DNA of 64,000 bases from Diplonema japonicum. Lineage: Eukaryota; Protista; Euglenozoa: Diplonemea. Made by a program: the position numbers and the translations under genes. This document shows, one piece after another, positions 42,337-53,148 of this stretch. The notes under the pieces were generated by a model. It did no database searches and had not been told where the DNA came from. It saw nothing but the letters and a program-made list of their open reading frames with translations. Where the stretch lies: assembly GCA_964019335.1 (NCBI GenBank), contig OZ025732.1:359604-423603 (forward strand), written 5' to 3'. The number at the start of each line of letters is the position of its first letter. Positions within the stretch are counted from its first letter, which is position 1.

Positions 42337-43067
42337 CATCCAAAGCAAGCAGGGACAAACACTTCGACACCCTGACGCTGAGACACATCCTTGTGGAGAA
42401 CCCACGAAAAGCAATCAAATACCTCAAAGACACCGGGGACCTGCCCCCCTCCGCAACAACTCCACAACAACCAACTAACCTGCCGAAGTAGCAAGCCAAT
42501 CAGAAGGCGGCTGAGGCACTTAAGATTCATTCAGAATCCCGAGATCCCATCCCTGATCCCCAATCCTGTTTCTCGCAGAAACAGAGAGCACTACCAACCC
42601 CCCACCACAGCAGCCGACGAGACAGACGCAGCAGTGAAAATAAAAAAGCCCCCCTGAACAAGTTTTACCCCACCCCTATAACGTGATAATAAAAAAATAA
42701 ACTCGATGATTTATCACCCAGAGCATCTGCTTCTTCGCTACCGGTGATGACCGACGAGGAGGTCAACAGCGAACAACACATCTGATGTACTTCTTTATAT
42801 TTCCATGTTATCCCCACCACCTGAATAAAAAAAAATAAAAAAAAAAAGGATACTGAGGTCCGGCACCCGCAGTAGCCAAAAAAAAAAAAAAAAAAAAAAA
42901 GAAAGTGTAAAGTGCCAAACAACCAGCAAAGCTTGTGGAATGAGAACACCAGTACGGTCATGAGTACCCGGGCAACCGGGTGAGCGTCTCGAGACACTTC
43001 CAACCCACCTAGTGGGTGCGACTTTAGCAAGTCGAAAAGGAAGTGGAATTTAAAAAAAAAAAAAAAC
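42337..43067 (+). mobile_element. 3' end of LINE family A with an inverted SINE-like copy nested in its first A tract (about 42701-42824)
   Basis: Near-identical to 2365-2971. Confidence 0.9.
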
Positions 43068-43220
43068 CCTTGAAGCTCACACTGGTGAGATAGTTTAGCC
43101 CATTTTATTTTGGCACGTTGGCGATGGCTGTGGTGGTCGTTGCAGGAGCGCCTATAGGAGGTATTGGACCATACAGTTAGTAAGTAGTGTTGAACTGGTA
43201 GGACTAAGAATCTCTTTTTT

Positions 43221-43670
43221 ATTGGGGACCAATGTTTCCAACCTCCCTGTGGTGGTTCCTGGTAATTGTGGTTTGGAGAAACACAAGCGAAAGGGAAACT
43301 CTCGTTCTAAAGCCGTACACGTGGGGAAACCTGGACGGGGGTGGAGAGCCCACCCTACGCGTGGCGCCAGTTAGCATCGCCCTCAACGGAGAGTCCCTTA
43401 TCCCATTACATCGAACAAGGAGGTGGCTTCACCAGGTCAGGCAAGTAGCCTCCCCGCGGCATCGTGCCAGTGAAGCAAGCCTCCCACAACTCTCTAGTTG
43501 GTGTTTAATTGCTTCTGTGGCCCCTCTCCCTATTTCAATTTCCAAGCTTTCTTTACCTCTCCACTCTTACTTTCTACGGGACCACAGGGGACTTGGGAGG
43601 CTTCGGGGCGAAGTTTCACAAGGGTGGCCGCTGTGTCACATACTGCATGGCACCACTAAAATCGAGACAA
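43221..43670. mobile_element. Unclassified ~450-bp insertion
   Basis: Absent from the paralogous upstream region at 7130-7160; flanked by CTTTTTTA on both sides. Confidence 0.55.
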
Positions 43671-43830
43671 CTTTTTTACTTCAGTCACGTTTCTCAGGGT
43701 TTTCTGCCCCCCCCCCCCCCCCCCAGCCTTCTTTTATTCTTTGTCCTCTTTTAGTATCAATACGCACAACCTTATATCAGCAAGCAACATAGGATATTGA
43801 GAAAGACAAGAAAAGAGATACCACATAACC

Positions 43831-45057
43831 ATGAAAGGAAGCGAGGTCATGAAGGGAAGCAAAGGACCATCGGCAGTGACGCTGCAGGCGAGGCTCCCCA
43901 CCTCTGAGACCATCAGCATTGAGGCAGTGGCTTCGGAGGAGATGATGAAGGTGAAGGAGAGGATCGCATCGATGGGAGGGTTGGATGTGGACTTCTTCAC
44001 CCTCACCTTCGATGGGGTGGTGGTTGCGGCGGCTGCTGACGGCGGCGGTGGACAGCTTGTCGGAGATCTTCCTTTTGAGGATGGAAGCATGCTTGAGGTG
44101 GTGGTGTGCAAGAGGCAGGCGGCTCTGTTGAAGCTTTCTTGGATGGGGATCGAAGTGAAAGGAAGAGATTTTTACGGGGTACTTGGTGATGGCTGTTTGG
44201 GTTGGGACAAGAAGGAGGACAAGAAGATCTGCGAGGTTATGAACCTTCTCCTGGATGCTGGAGTGAGTGGTGGGGAGGAGGTGTCCCTTCACGTGGCGGC
44301 CGAGCACAATCTTCTTTCTTGTGTGGAGGTCCTCTTGACTCGCACTTCTGTGGACGTGAATTCAGAAGTAGGTTTTCCTATCGATTTGAGGGGTTCGTGC
44401 ACAGCACTTCACCGGGCAACTTCGGAGGAGGTGGTGGCTGTTCTCTTGAGACACAATGCAGATGTCAACGCAAGAGACAGTGACGGTGTTCCTATCATCC
44501 ACTGTGCAGCATGTGAGAAGAATTCTAGGGGCAAGCTTTCTGTACTTCTGGAGCACAATGCAGATGTGAATGCGAGAGACAGGGAAGGAAGGACGGCTCT
44601 TCATGGGTATGCTGACCCCTCTGCAGTACACCTTCTTCTTGAGCACAAGGCAGACATCGAGGCAAGGGACAACGAGGGAAGAACACCCCTTTTCTTGGCT
44701 ACTTTATGGGTAGCTGAGGCACTTCTTGGGCACAATGCTGATGTGAAGGCAAGAGACAATAGAGGGAACACGTGTCTGCACCACGCTGTTGAAGGTGATT
44801 TGATCGAAGTGTTGTTTGTTCTGCTGAGACACAATGCAGATGTGAAGGCAGAGAACGATGAAGGGAAGACGGCTCTCGATCTTGTTCCCTCTGATGATAT
44901 TTGGGTTTTGTGTGCGATGAGGTACCTGTTGCAAGACCCGAGTCTCGCTCAGGATGTGGAGCTGTTCGAAAGTATGAGAGAGCTGAGTGACGTCAGCAGG
45001 CTTCCTGTTGTTCATTTGCTTTCAGGGTATATTTGTGACAAACGTGTCGAGAGGTGA
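43831..45057 (+). CDS. Ubl-ankyrin repeat protein, copy 10 (closest to copy 1; alternative ATG 43849)
   Basis: Family motifs; shares CxKNSRGKLS, the HLLSGYICDK tail and both flanks with copy 1. Confidence 0.9.
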   Translation: MKGSEVMKGSKGPSAVTLQARLPTSETISIEAVASEEMMKVKERIASMGGLDVDFFTLTFDGVVVAAAADGGGGQLVGDLPFEDGSMLEVVVCKRQAALLKLSWMGIEVKGRDFYGVLGDGCLGWDKKEDKKICEVMNLLLDAGVSGGEEVSLHVAAEHNLLSCVEVLLTRTSVDVNSEVGFPIDLRGSCTALHRATSEEVVAVLLRHNADVNARDSDGVPIIHCAACEKNSRGKLSVLLEHNADVNARDREGRTALHGYADPSAVHLLLEHKADIEARDNEGRTPLFLATLWVAEALLGHNADVKARDNRGNTCLHHAVEGDLIEVLFVLLRHNADVKAENDEGKTALDLVPSDDIWVLCAMRYLLQDPSLAQDVELFESMRELSDVSRLPVVHLLSGYICDKRVER

Positions 45058-45227
45058 TCATTCCGCAATTCCAGGGGTATGGTTGTGGCATTGGCTTCTA
45101 TTTCTTCTTTCGATATCGTTTGTTATACGTAGAATGCCGGAACCGCCCCCCCCCCCCCCCTGAGGGCCCCCCTCATATTTTCTTTTTCGAAGGTTCGACT
45201 TCAGCTTTCCTTAGTGTTTTGTTATTA

Positions 45228-46607
45228 CTGTAAAACAAAAATCACAAGAAGATAAAATGTCCGGAAGCTCGGGCGGTCCGGATATTTTTTCTTCCGGACA
45301 TTTTTTTCCTGGGACCCCCCTTTATTAAAGGGCTGGACCCGAAAACAGATGAAACTAGTTTCTATAGCAAGAGAAAATCAAACAAAAATCAGAGAATTGA
45401 ATTACGGACTTTTCCAAGAACTAAAAGACACCTCAGATCCTGATTGTTTGCTTCTACCACAAGCTTGTTGAACCAAACCACTTCTTGTGCTTGCTTTAGG
45501 GTTGTTCTTATTTTTTGCGGGTTTGCGTCATGGAGCCAATGTCCAGTATATCAGACTGGAAGCACCGCTTTGGTAGCTCCAAGGTCGATCCCCCTGCCGC
45601 ACCCGTTACTGCGGGTCGCAAGCCTCTTCTGAACTAGGAAGAAACAACAAGGCTCTTTGTTTGGATCCAGATGCAGAACGGAAGGGGGGTGCCGGTAGCA
45701 GCGTCGGACATCTGCCTGTATGCAGAGGGCCAACCAGCTGTGCCCCAAGCATGGCATCACAAGCCGCCGCCCAACAATAGGGAAGTCTAGCAGCCCCAAA
45801 GACACCCAAGCAGCGAGGAGGTTCACAAAGATCAGGCCGGTTGACCTGGAACATGGACCAGCTGCTGCCGCTGGGAAGAAGACGAAAAGGTGTCCCAAGG
45901 TTGTCAAGGTTAGGGATTTGGGACAAGCGCGCCGTCACCGGACAGTTTTGCGTTTCCCTGACTGGTGGCAAACTGCACCCGCAGTTAATTTACACGGGAA
46001 AAACAGAACCAGCTCGCGGCAGGAAATACCTCGGGTCCGTCCCTCGTGTTGCACACCCCCCAAAAGGCTGGAGTTTAACAGCTTCGAAATCTCACTGGGC
46101 CACCCAGGAAACGCTTCGGCTCTGGGTAAAAGATTTGTTTCTCCCCTTTACTACAACCTCATCGAGTCATCGGGCTGAGCACCCACCGAGCCCATCCTAC
46201 TCATCCTTGATGACTACAATGTCCACACTACGCAGGCTTTTGTGAACTTGTTTTCAGAAACAAACGTTCACTTAGCGTTTGTCCCCCCAGACCTCACCTA
46301 TTTGTGCCATTAAGGCCGAGGCCAGGCGCACTGCCAAGGCTGCGAAGGCAGCAAACAAGACGGCCAGACGTGCGGACAGGTAAGATGCTGCCCTTTCCTC
46401 GCCCCCTTGGTTCTATTGTCGGGAAAAGTACTCTCCAACAGAAATATAAGTTTTCCAGACAGAGGGGGCAGTGCGTAGGTCAGGCTAGGTACCCCCTTAG
46501 AAAAGTGCCCAAAAGAATGTCCGGAAGATAAAATGTCCGGAAGAAAAAATCACCGGATGTTTCGGCGGTCCGGATATTTTATCTTCCGGTGGATTCTTGT
46601 TTTACAG
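45228..46607 (+). mobile_element. Degenerate pogo/Tigger-like (DDE_1) DNA transposon
   Basis: TIR CTGTAAAACAA(A/G)AATC with subterminal TCCGGA repeats, TA on both sides; transposase remnants DKRAVT...KLHPQLIYTGKT, SHWATQET, LLILDDYNVH, FVPPDLT. Confidence 0.85.
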
Positions 46608-46662
46608 TATTTATTTTTGTTTCTTCTTCCATAACTAACTTTGCAGGAAGGGCCACTTAACG

Positions 46663-47877
46663 ATGAATGGAAGCGAAGGACCATCGACAGTGACGCTGCA
46701 GGCGAGGCTCCCCACCTCTGAGACCATCAGCATTGAGGCAGTGGCTTCGGAGGAGATGAAAAAGGTGAAGGAGAGGATCGCATCGATGGGAGAGTTGGAT
46801 GTGGACATCTTCACCCTCACCTTCGATGGGGTGGTGGTGGCGGCGGCTGCTGACGACGGCTGTGGACAGCTTGTCGGAGATCTTCCTTTTGAGGATGGAA
46901 GCATGCTTGAGGTGGTGGTGTGCAAGAGGCAGGCGGCTCTGTTGAAGCTTTTTGGGATGGGGATCGAAGTGGAAGGAAGGGATTTGTACGAGGTAATTGA
47001 TGATAGCTTTTCAGATTGGGATGAGAAGGACGAGGAGATCTGCGAGGTTATGAACCTTCTCCTGGATGCTGGGGTGAGTGGTGGGGAGGAGGGGACCTTT
47101 CACATAGCTGCCGATCACAATCTTCCTTCTTGTGTGGAAGTCCTCTTGACTCGCACTTCTGTGGACGTGAATTCAAAGTTGTTTCTTCCTACCGATTGGG
47201 TAAGTTCATGTACGGCACTTCACCGGGCCACTTCTGGGGAGGTGGCGGCTGTTCTCTTGAGACACAATGCAGATGTCAACGCAAGAAACGGTGACGGTAA
47301 TCCTGTCATCCACGAAGTAGCATGTAGGAAGTATCCTGGTAGAAAGCTTTCTGTACTTCTGAGGCACAACGCAGATGTGAATGCAAGAAGCAGGCAGGGA
47401 AGGACGGCTCTTCATTATGCTCACCCCTCTGCTGTACACCTTCTTCTTGAGCACAAGGCAGACATCGAGGCGAGAGACAACGAGGGAAGAACACCCCTTT
47501 CCTTGGCTAATAGTTTAGAGGTGGCTGAGGCACTTCTTGGGCACAATGCTGATGTGAAGGCGAGGGACAATAGAGGGAACACGTGTCTGCACCATGCTGT
47601 TAACAGAGGCTTGTTCGAGGTGTTACCAGTTCTGCTGAGACACAATGCAAATGTGACGGCAAGGAACGATGAAGGGAAGACGGCTCTCGATCTTGTCCCC
47701 TCTGATGGCAGGGACAGGGTCAAGGCGATGCGATACCTGTTGCAGGACCCGAGTCTCGCTCATGATCTGGAGCTGTTCGAAAGTGGGAGGGAGCTGAGCG
47801 ACGTCAGCAGGCTTCCTGTTGTCCAACTGATTTCAAGGAGTATCCCGACGAGCCTACCGACTAACCCCACCGACTAG
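46663..47877 (+). CDS. Ubl-ankyrin repeat protein, copy 11 (last residues and stop supplied by a LINE-B 3' fragment)
   Basis: Family motifs; ends SIPTSLPTNPTD*. Confidence 0.9.
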   Translation: MNGSEGPSTVTLQARLPTSETISIEAVASEEMKKVKERIASMGELDVDIFTLTFDGVVVAAAADDGCGQLVGDLPFEDGSMLEVVVCKRQAALLKLFGMGIEVEGRDLYEVIDDSFSDWDEKDEEICEVMNLLLDAGVSGGEEGTFHIAADHNLPSCVEVLLTRTSVDVNSKLFLPTDWVSSCTALHRATSGEVAAVLLRHNADVNARNGDGNPVIHEVACRKYPGRKLSVLLRHNADVNARSRQGRTALHYAHPSAVHLLLEHKADIEARDNEGRTPLSLANSLEVAEALLGHNADVKARDNRGNTCLHHAVNRGLFEVLPVLLRHNANVTARNDEGKTALDLVPSDGRDRVKAMRYLLQDPSLAHDLELFESGRELSDVSRLPVVQLISRSIPTSLPTNPTD

Positions 47878-48266
47878 CCGTCTACCTAGCAAGCTAGTCA
47901 AGGCAGCAGGAAGAAGCCAAATCAAGTGTAAACAAATAGAAAAAGAGAAAAAAGGAAAGAAAAAATAACATAAACCCCAACAACCCTCTTCCCCCATGTG
48001 CACCAATAAAAAAAGAAAAAAGGAAAAAAAAAAAAAAAGAATCCCGAGGACTGGCAACCAAAGGAGAAAAAAAGAAAAAAAGAAAAAGAAAAAAAGCCAT
48101 TAGCCAACTGTGGAAAGAATACCCATGTCACAAAGGTGCTAGAACAATAACACAGGCCGACACGAAAGCACGAACGTCTCAACACTTCCGTTGGCTCCAC
48201 ACAGCCCAGCTGGGTGGGGTCGGTCTGGCTAGACCAAGAGGAGGTGGAATTTAAAAAGAAAAAAAG
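47846..48266 (+). mobile_element. 3' UTR of LINE family B
   Basis: Near-identical to 8898-9330. Confidence 0.88.
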
Positions 48267-49297
48267 TATTGCCAGTTTTTAGTTCATTCTGATTTCGAGT
48301 CATTAGTGACACGTGTCGGGTTGTGATCACTCCACACATACCTAGTTCTCATTTACTTTTTTGCTTCTTCAAATAACTACCTAACGTTGCAAGAGGGCCT
48401 CATAACGGTGGAAGGAAGCGACAGTGACGCTGCGGGCTAGGTTCCCCACATCTCTATTCTAACTTAAAATCATTTCAGCCACCTCTGAGACCATCAGCAT
48501 CCTGGGAGAGAGCTTTCTGTACTTCTGAGGCAGACACAAGCAGATGTGAATGCAAAAAGCACGGAGGACGCTACAGCACCTCCTAACAAGTTAGAAACCA
48601 TCGTTTTGAGAGGAGGCACTGATACTTTTCAGTGGCTTTTAAAGGCTAAGGTGCCACCAGGGGTAAGTTTTTCAGATGACACCCCAACCCCTGCACCTCG
48701 TGCCGAAAAGGAGGAAGACTTATCGAAGCTGCTTCTTATTAAACAAGACTGAGATCTACTGTGAAAATAAAGTGAAGCGTGAAATAAAGTGAAATATACC
48801 GCACCCTCCTTTTTTTTATTCGACTCTCTGTTTTCGTATGCAGTATTTATCATTCTTCACCGACGCGTCTGAACCAGCACTTCCTGGCGAACAGGCCGTC
48901 TTTTCTCTTTTCCTTTCTCACTTCGTTCCGTTATTTTCATTATTCTTTTCCCTCCCACCCCACAAGCACACAGGGGGGTAAACTAGGGTGAGGGAGGTGG
49001 TAAGCGACAGCTGCAGTAGGCGTGGGTGTGACGAGGTATGTATCCCTATCCCGCTAGCCTCCCCAGCCAATACGATTTTCTTCTTCTTTTACGTTTCCTT
49101 CTTTTAATTTGGAGATTAGTTTCTGATACAAATATGCGTTTGGCTTACCTTTTACTTTTTTACTTTTTGCGGGTGTTTTCCAAGGGGAGCTTGTTCCCTT
49201 GTCACTTATGGGGTCCGTGCCAGCACTACCTCTTATATTTCTTTTCGATTCGGCTTTTGTCACCACGCACCAACTCATTCCAGGGAACTCATTTCAC

Positions 49298-52200
49298 ATG
49301 TTCAATGACGGTAAGAGCCACCCTTTGGGTGAACAGATGATATCGGGTATAAATGACGAACCAGCTGGTGACCGCGATCCTCTGACGTACTATGAAGCGC
49401 CTCGTCCCGTGGACGTGGAGTTGGAACTTAATACTACACCCCTTACCGGCAGCCCCGCACTGAGCTACCATAGTGACCACCACCATTTGAACGAGAACGA
49501 CGAGAAGCTGGAAGGCAAGATCGATTTTGCGTGGAATGTCGTATCACACCATCCGAAGAAGGCTTACTGTGTCACCTGCGGGTCCTTCTGCAGCTTCTTC
49601 ATCCTCTTCGTCGTGTTTCTGATCACCTGGGGGTCTACTTTCTTCCCTTACTCTTCGGAGGTCCCACTCTACCTGCGAGGGCATGTCACCAAGCAGCGTT
49701 CAGACGCCATCGGGGAAGGGAAGGATATTGCCGACTACACTTTGCACGCGCCTGACGTTCAGCTTCGGCAGTCTGTCGATACGCTTGGCGGTGAGCGAGA
49801 GGACCTCACCCTTGTGATCATGTACTTCCCTGAGTTCGGTGACGTGCTTGAGACCAATATCCTTAAGAAGATGTTTGAGTTCGAGCAGCGTGTGATGGCC
49901 CGTGGCGAATTCGCAGACCACTGCCTCGTTGACTACAACAGCACGGAGGTCTCCTTTGAGAGAAGCAACAACGTAGACATGATAACAACGATCAACTCGC
50001 TGTCCCACAACTGCTCCGTGCACCACACCATCGTGTGGGCTTGCGACCCTTCCCTTGGCATTCCTTGCTCTCAGCTGGCTTCCACTCCTGTTGGTCTCAT
50101 GGACTGCAACAAGTCCACGGTTTGCTCTCCCTCCGAGATGGTCATTGAGGAGGACTTCAAGGTTAGCAAGGTTCACACCTATGCAGACTCCATCCCCGAC
50201 AGGAACACTGTTGAGGGGTTGAACAGTTGGAACTTCCTGAAGCTTGTCGACTCGAGTTTCGGAGCAGGTAACCAGATCGCAAAGGCTGTGAAGACGGAGT
50301 TCATCTTCGGTGCCCCTCTGAAAGGGTACAAGACTGTCAACGACGACCCCGATGGGCAGAGCAAAGACCTTTCAAAGTGGTTGTACGATGAGTACCACAG
50401 CTGGCTGAGCGACGGACAGATCGGCGGTGGGGGGGTATCGTATATTTACAACGGGCACGGAATGCTCAGTCTCTACATCCAGGAGACCCTCATCAAGGAC
50501 GCTATGTTCGCCATCGCTAGCATGTTCTTCGTCCTTGTCTACATCGCCTTCATGACCTCCTCATGGTGGCTCTCTATTATGGGTATAAGCCAGATCCTGA
50601 TGTCTTTCCCTGTTGCCTATTTCCTGTATTTCGGGGTGTTTCAGCAGAGGTACTTCGGTGTCTTCAACATGCTGTCCATCTTCATCATCCTCGGGGTCGG
50701 CGCCGATGATATCTTTGTGTTCCTTGACACGTGGGAGCAGTCGTCTCACAAGCTCAGAGGCCTTGGGAAGAGGATGTCGTATACATGGAAGCACGCAGGG
50801 AAGGCCATGCTTGTCACCAGCTTGAGTACGATGATTTCCTTTCTGTCCAACGCGAACTCATCGTTCCCGGCGATCCAGACCTTTGGGATCTTCGCCGCGA
50901 TGCTGGTTCTCGTGAACTACTGTGCGGTGATGGTGTTTTACCCGACGGTGGTCTTCATGTTTGCGACGCACTTCGAGGAGTGGAAATTCTGCTTTGGTGT
51001 TCCGAAGAAGTTTGCAGTGTACGTGAAGCAGGGGTTAAGTCCCAAGTCCTTAAATGGGAATAACGCGAAGGAGGCGACCGTGTCTGAGCCTGCTGTGAGC
51101 CGGTGGTTCAGGGAGTCGTACTCGTCAGGCATCATTGGCGCGAAGATCGGGATCATCATTGCGTTCATCGTGCTCATCGTCGCGCTTGGGATCCAGGCGG
51201 GGAAGCTGGAGCCGGACCCGAAGAACCCCCAGTTCCTGCCTGCGACGAACAACTACCAGAGGTTTCTCAATGAGAACCCGAAGCAATTTGCACGAGGTGG
51301 GTCTGTGAGCGCGGTGAGGGTGGTCTTCGCATGGGGGATCGACAAGGAGAACCCCATCGACAGGTCGGGCACGCGGGCCACGGATGTAGACGACCCTGGA
51401 AAGCCGGTGTGGGACCCGAACTTTAATCTCCCGATTGCGGCGCAGTGCATGCTGTCGATATGTGAAAAGGCTCAAATGAAGTCCGACGAGAGGAAGACAG
51501 GCGGGTACCCGGACTTTCCAATCGACTGCTTTTTAATCGACTTCAAGAAGCACATCGACGCAAACGACACAGCGCTCTGGCCCGCGGTGACGGGACCGGG
51601 TGCGGATGGTGACCAGTTCTTCAGCCTCTTAATACAGTGGCTCGAGGACCCGAAGGTGCTTTCTGATTGGAAGCCTTACATCCATGCTGAGCACGTCGAC
51701 GGCACCACAGTGTTAAGGTTCATCTCGACACAGCTGAAGCTGACCGTGGAGTCCTCGAACATCGACACCAAGGACGGCAAGGCCCTGTGGAGCACATGGG
51801 AGGACTGGTTCAACAGCCAGTACGACTCTGAGCCGTGTAAAAGCGTTGCAGCGCAGGCAGGAGGTTTCCAGTCGTCCTTGGGCTTCGTGTACGTCAGGGC
51901 AACCCTAGTCGAAGAGGCACTGAGCGGGATCTTTCTCTCTGTGGGGTTGGCCTTTGCCGTCCTGACCTTTGCGACTACAAACGTTTTGGTAGCGTTTTAC
52001 GCTGTTGTGGTCATCGCCTGCGTCGTTGTCTGCACCATGGGTATGACTGTGGTAGTGGGTTGGAAGCTTGGTGTCCTTGAGAGCATTGGGCTTGTGATGG
52101 TCCCTGGTCTCTCGGTTGACTTCGTGGCGCATCTTGCAGAGGCGTACATCGATTCTTCGTGTACTGACCGGGAGGGAAGGGTCCGCGACATGCTCGCCCG

Positions 52201-52447
52201 TGTGGGGATCTCTGTTGTGTCGGGTGCTGTGTCCACCCTTGGGGCTTCTCTTTTCCTCTTCTTCCCTGAGATCGTTTTTTTCAACAAGTTCGGTACCATG
52301 ATCTTTATGACGATTGGATTCAGCCTGTTCTGGGCACTGCTCTTCTTCCCAGCCTTTATGTCAACCCCCCTTGGACCGGAGGGGAACGTGGGCAACTGGT
52401 TCTACTATGCAAAGCTGATGTACTCCCGTTTCAGGGGCACCGCATAG
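49298..52447 (+). CDS. Dispatched/Patched-like RND-superfamily membrane protein with sterol-sensing domain
   Basis: Two units of 1 TM + large luminal loop + 5 TM; ILGVGADDIFVF (GxxxDD) and PGLSVDFVAH motifs; ATG 49298 chosen because it follows a pyrimidine tract and TTCCAG. Confidence 0.88.
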   Translation: MFNDGKSHPLGEQMISGINDEPAGDRDPLTYYEAPRPVDVELELNTTPLTGSPALSYHSDHHHLNENDEKLEGKIDFAWNVVSHHPKKAYCVTCGSFCSFFILFVVFLITWGSTFFPYSSEVPLYLRGHVTKQRSDAIGEGKDIADYTLHAPDVQLRQSVDTLGGEREDLTLVIMYFPEFGDVLETNILKKMFEFEQRVMARGEFADHCLVDYNSTEVSFERSNNVDMITTINSLSHNCSVHHTIVWACDPSLGIPCSQLASTPVGLMDCNKSTVCSPSEMVIEEDFKVSKVHTYADSIPDRNTVEGLNSWNFLKLVDSSFGAGNQIAKAVKTEFIFGAPLKGYKTVNDDPDGQSKDLSKWLYDEYHSWLSDGQIGGGGVSYIYNGHGMLSLYIQETLIKDAMFAIASMFFVLVYIAFMTSSWWLSIMGISQILMSFPVAYFLYFGVFQQRYFGVFNMLSIFIILGVGADDIFVFLDTWEQSSHKLRGLGKRMSYTWKHAGKAMLVTSLSTMISFLSNANSSFPAIQTFGIFAAMLVLVNYCAVMVFYPTVVFMFATHFEEWKFCFGVPKKFAVYVKQGLSPKSLNGNNAKEATVSEPAVSRWFRESYSSGIIGAKIGIIIAFIVLIVALGIQAGKLEPDPKNPQFLPATNNYQRFLNENPKQFARGGSVSAVRVVFAWGIDKENPIDRSGTRATDVDDPGKPVWDPNFNLPIAAQCMLSICEKAQMKSDERKTGGYPDFPIDCFLIDFKKHIDANDTALWPAVTGPGADGDQFFSLLIQWLEDPKVLSDWKPYIHAEHVDGTTVLRFISTQLKLTVESSNIDTKDGKALWSTWEDWFNSQYDSEPCKSVAAQAGGFQSSLGFVYVRATLVEEALSGIFLSVGLAFAVLTFATTNVLVAFYAVVVIACVVVCTMGMTVVVGWKLGVLESIGLVMVPGLSVDFVAHLAEAYIDSSCTDREGRVRDMLARVGISVVSGAVSTLGASLFLFFPEIVFFNKFGTMIFMTIGFSLFWALLFFPAFMSTPLGPEGNVGNWFYYAKLMYSRFRGTA

Positions 52448-53090
52448 TACGCATAGTACCCAGGGTTTGCTTTTTTTTTCCCTCTTTTTTTACAACACGG
52501 TGAGCACCCACCCGCACACCGAGATTTATCAGGTTTTTTTTTGCCTGCACTTTGAGAGTTTTTTTTTTTTCGTTCGATTCGTTTTCTAGAAAACAAGTTG
52601 AGATTTTTTAATTTTTCTTTTTTTGGCGATTTGCTCGGAGGGGTTTTTTTTTGGGGGAGTCGCTCAATTCGCTTTTTTACTACTGTTTTGTTGTAGTGTT
52701 TCTTTTTCACCTCCCTAGCATCGCCCATCTAACATTTTTGGTGCAGGTCAGATAATAAGAAATAATAAAGAAAGGGAGAGAGTGTAGTCAAGGCTCGTGG
52801 AAAGCTCCATGCCAAGGTCTTGAGGTTATTCTTAAAGAAGTTCATAGGGGGGAAGATATTTCATAAGAAGAAACCCGAAAGAGTACCCATTTTCTTTTTC
52901 AAAGTTAAAAAAAAGAAAGAAGAAAGTCTTTTTTTTAAGGTATCTCTTCAGCTCGCGGCATCTCATCCCGAGCTGGGAGGGGGGGGGGGGGGGGGGGGGG
53001 GTATGTAGCGCGGACTTTTGAAATCTTTCCATTCCATTTTTTTTCTTTCTGAAAGCCGACTCAAGCATTGGTTTGAATAGGCCAGAGAAA

Positions 53091-53148
53091 ACACTTCCAA
53101 CCCACCTAGTGGGTGCGGCCTGAGTGTCTAAAGGAGGTGGAATTTAAA
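53091..53148 (+). repeat. Solo LINE 3'-terminal structured motif
   Basis: ACACTTCCAACCCACCTAGTGGGTGCGGCC...GGAGGTGGAATTTAAA as at 2898-2960 and 42994-43067. Confidence 0.8.

Noticed and set aside
7273-47877. Diversity-generating retroelement acting on the ankyrin genes
   Set aside because: The RTs present are LINE and PLE types, no template/variable repeat pair was seen, and differences between copies are not adenine-specific and include indels.
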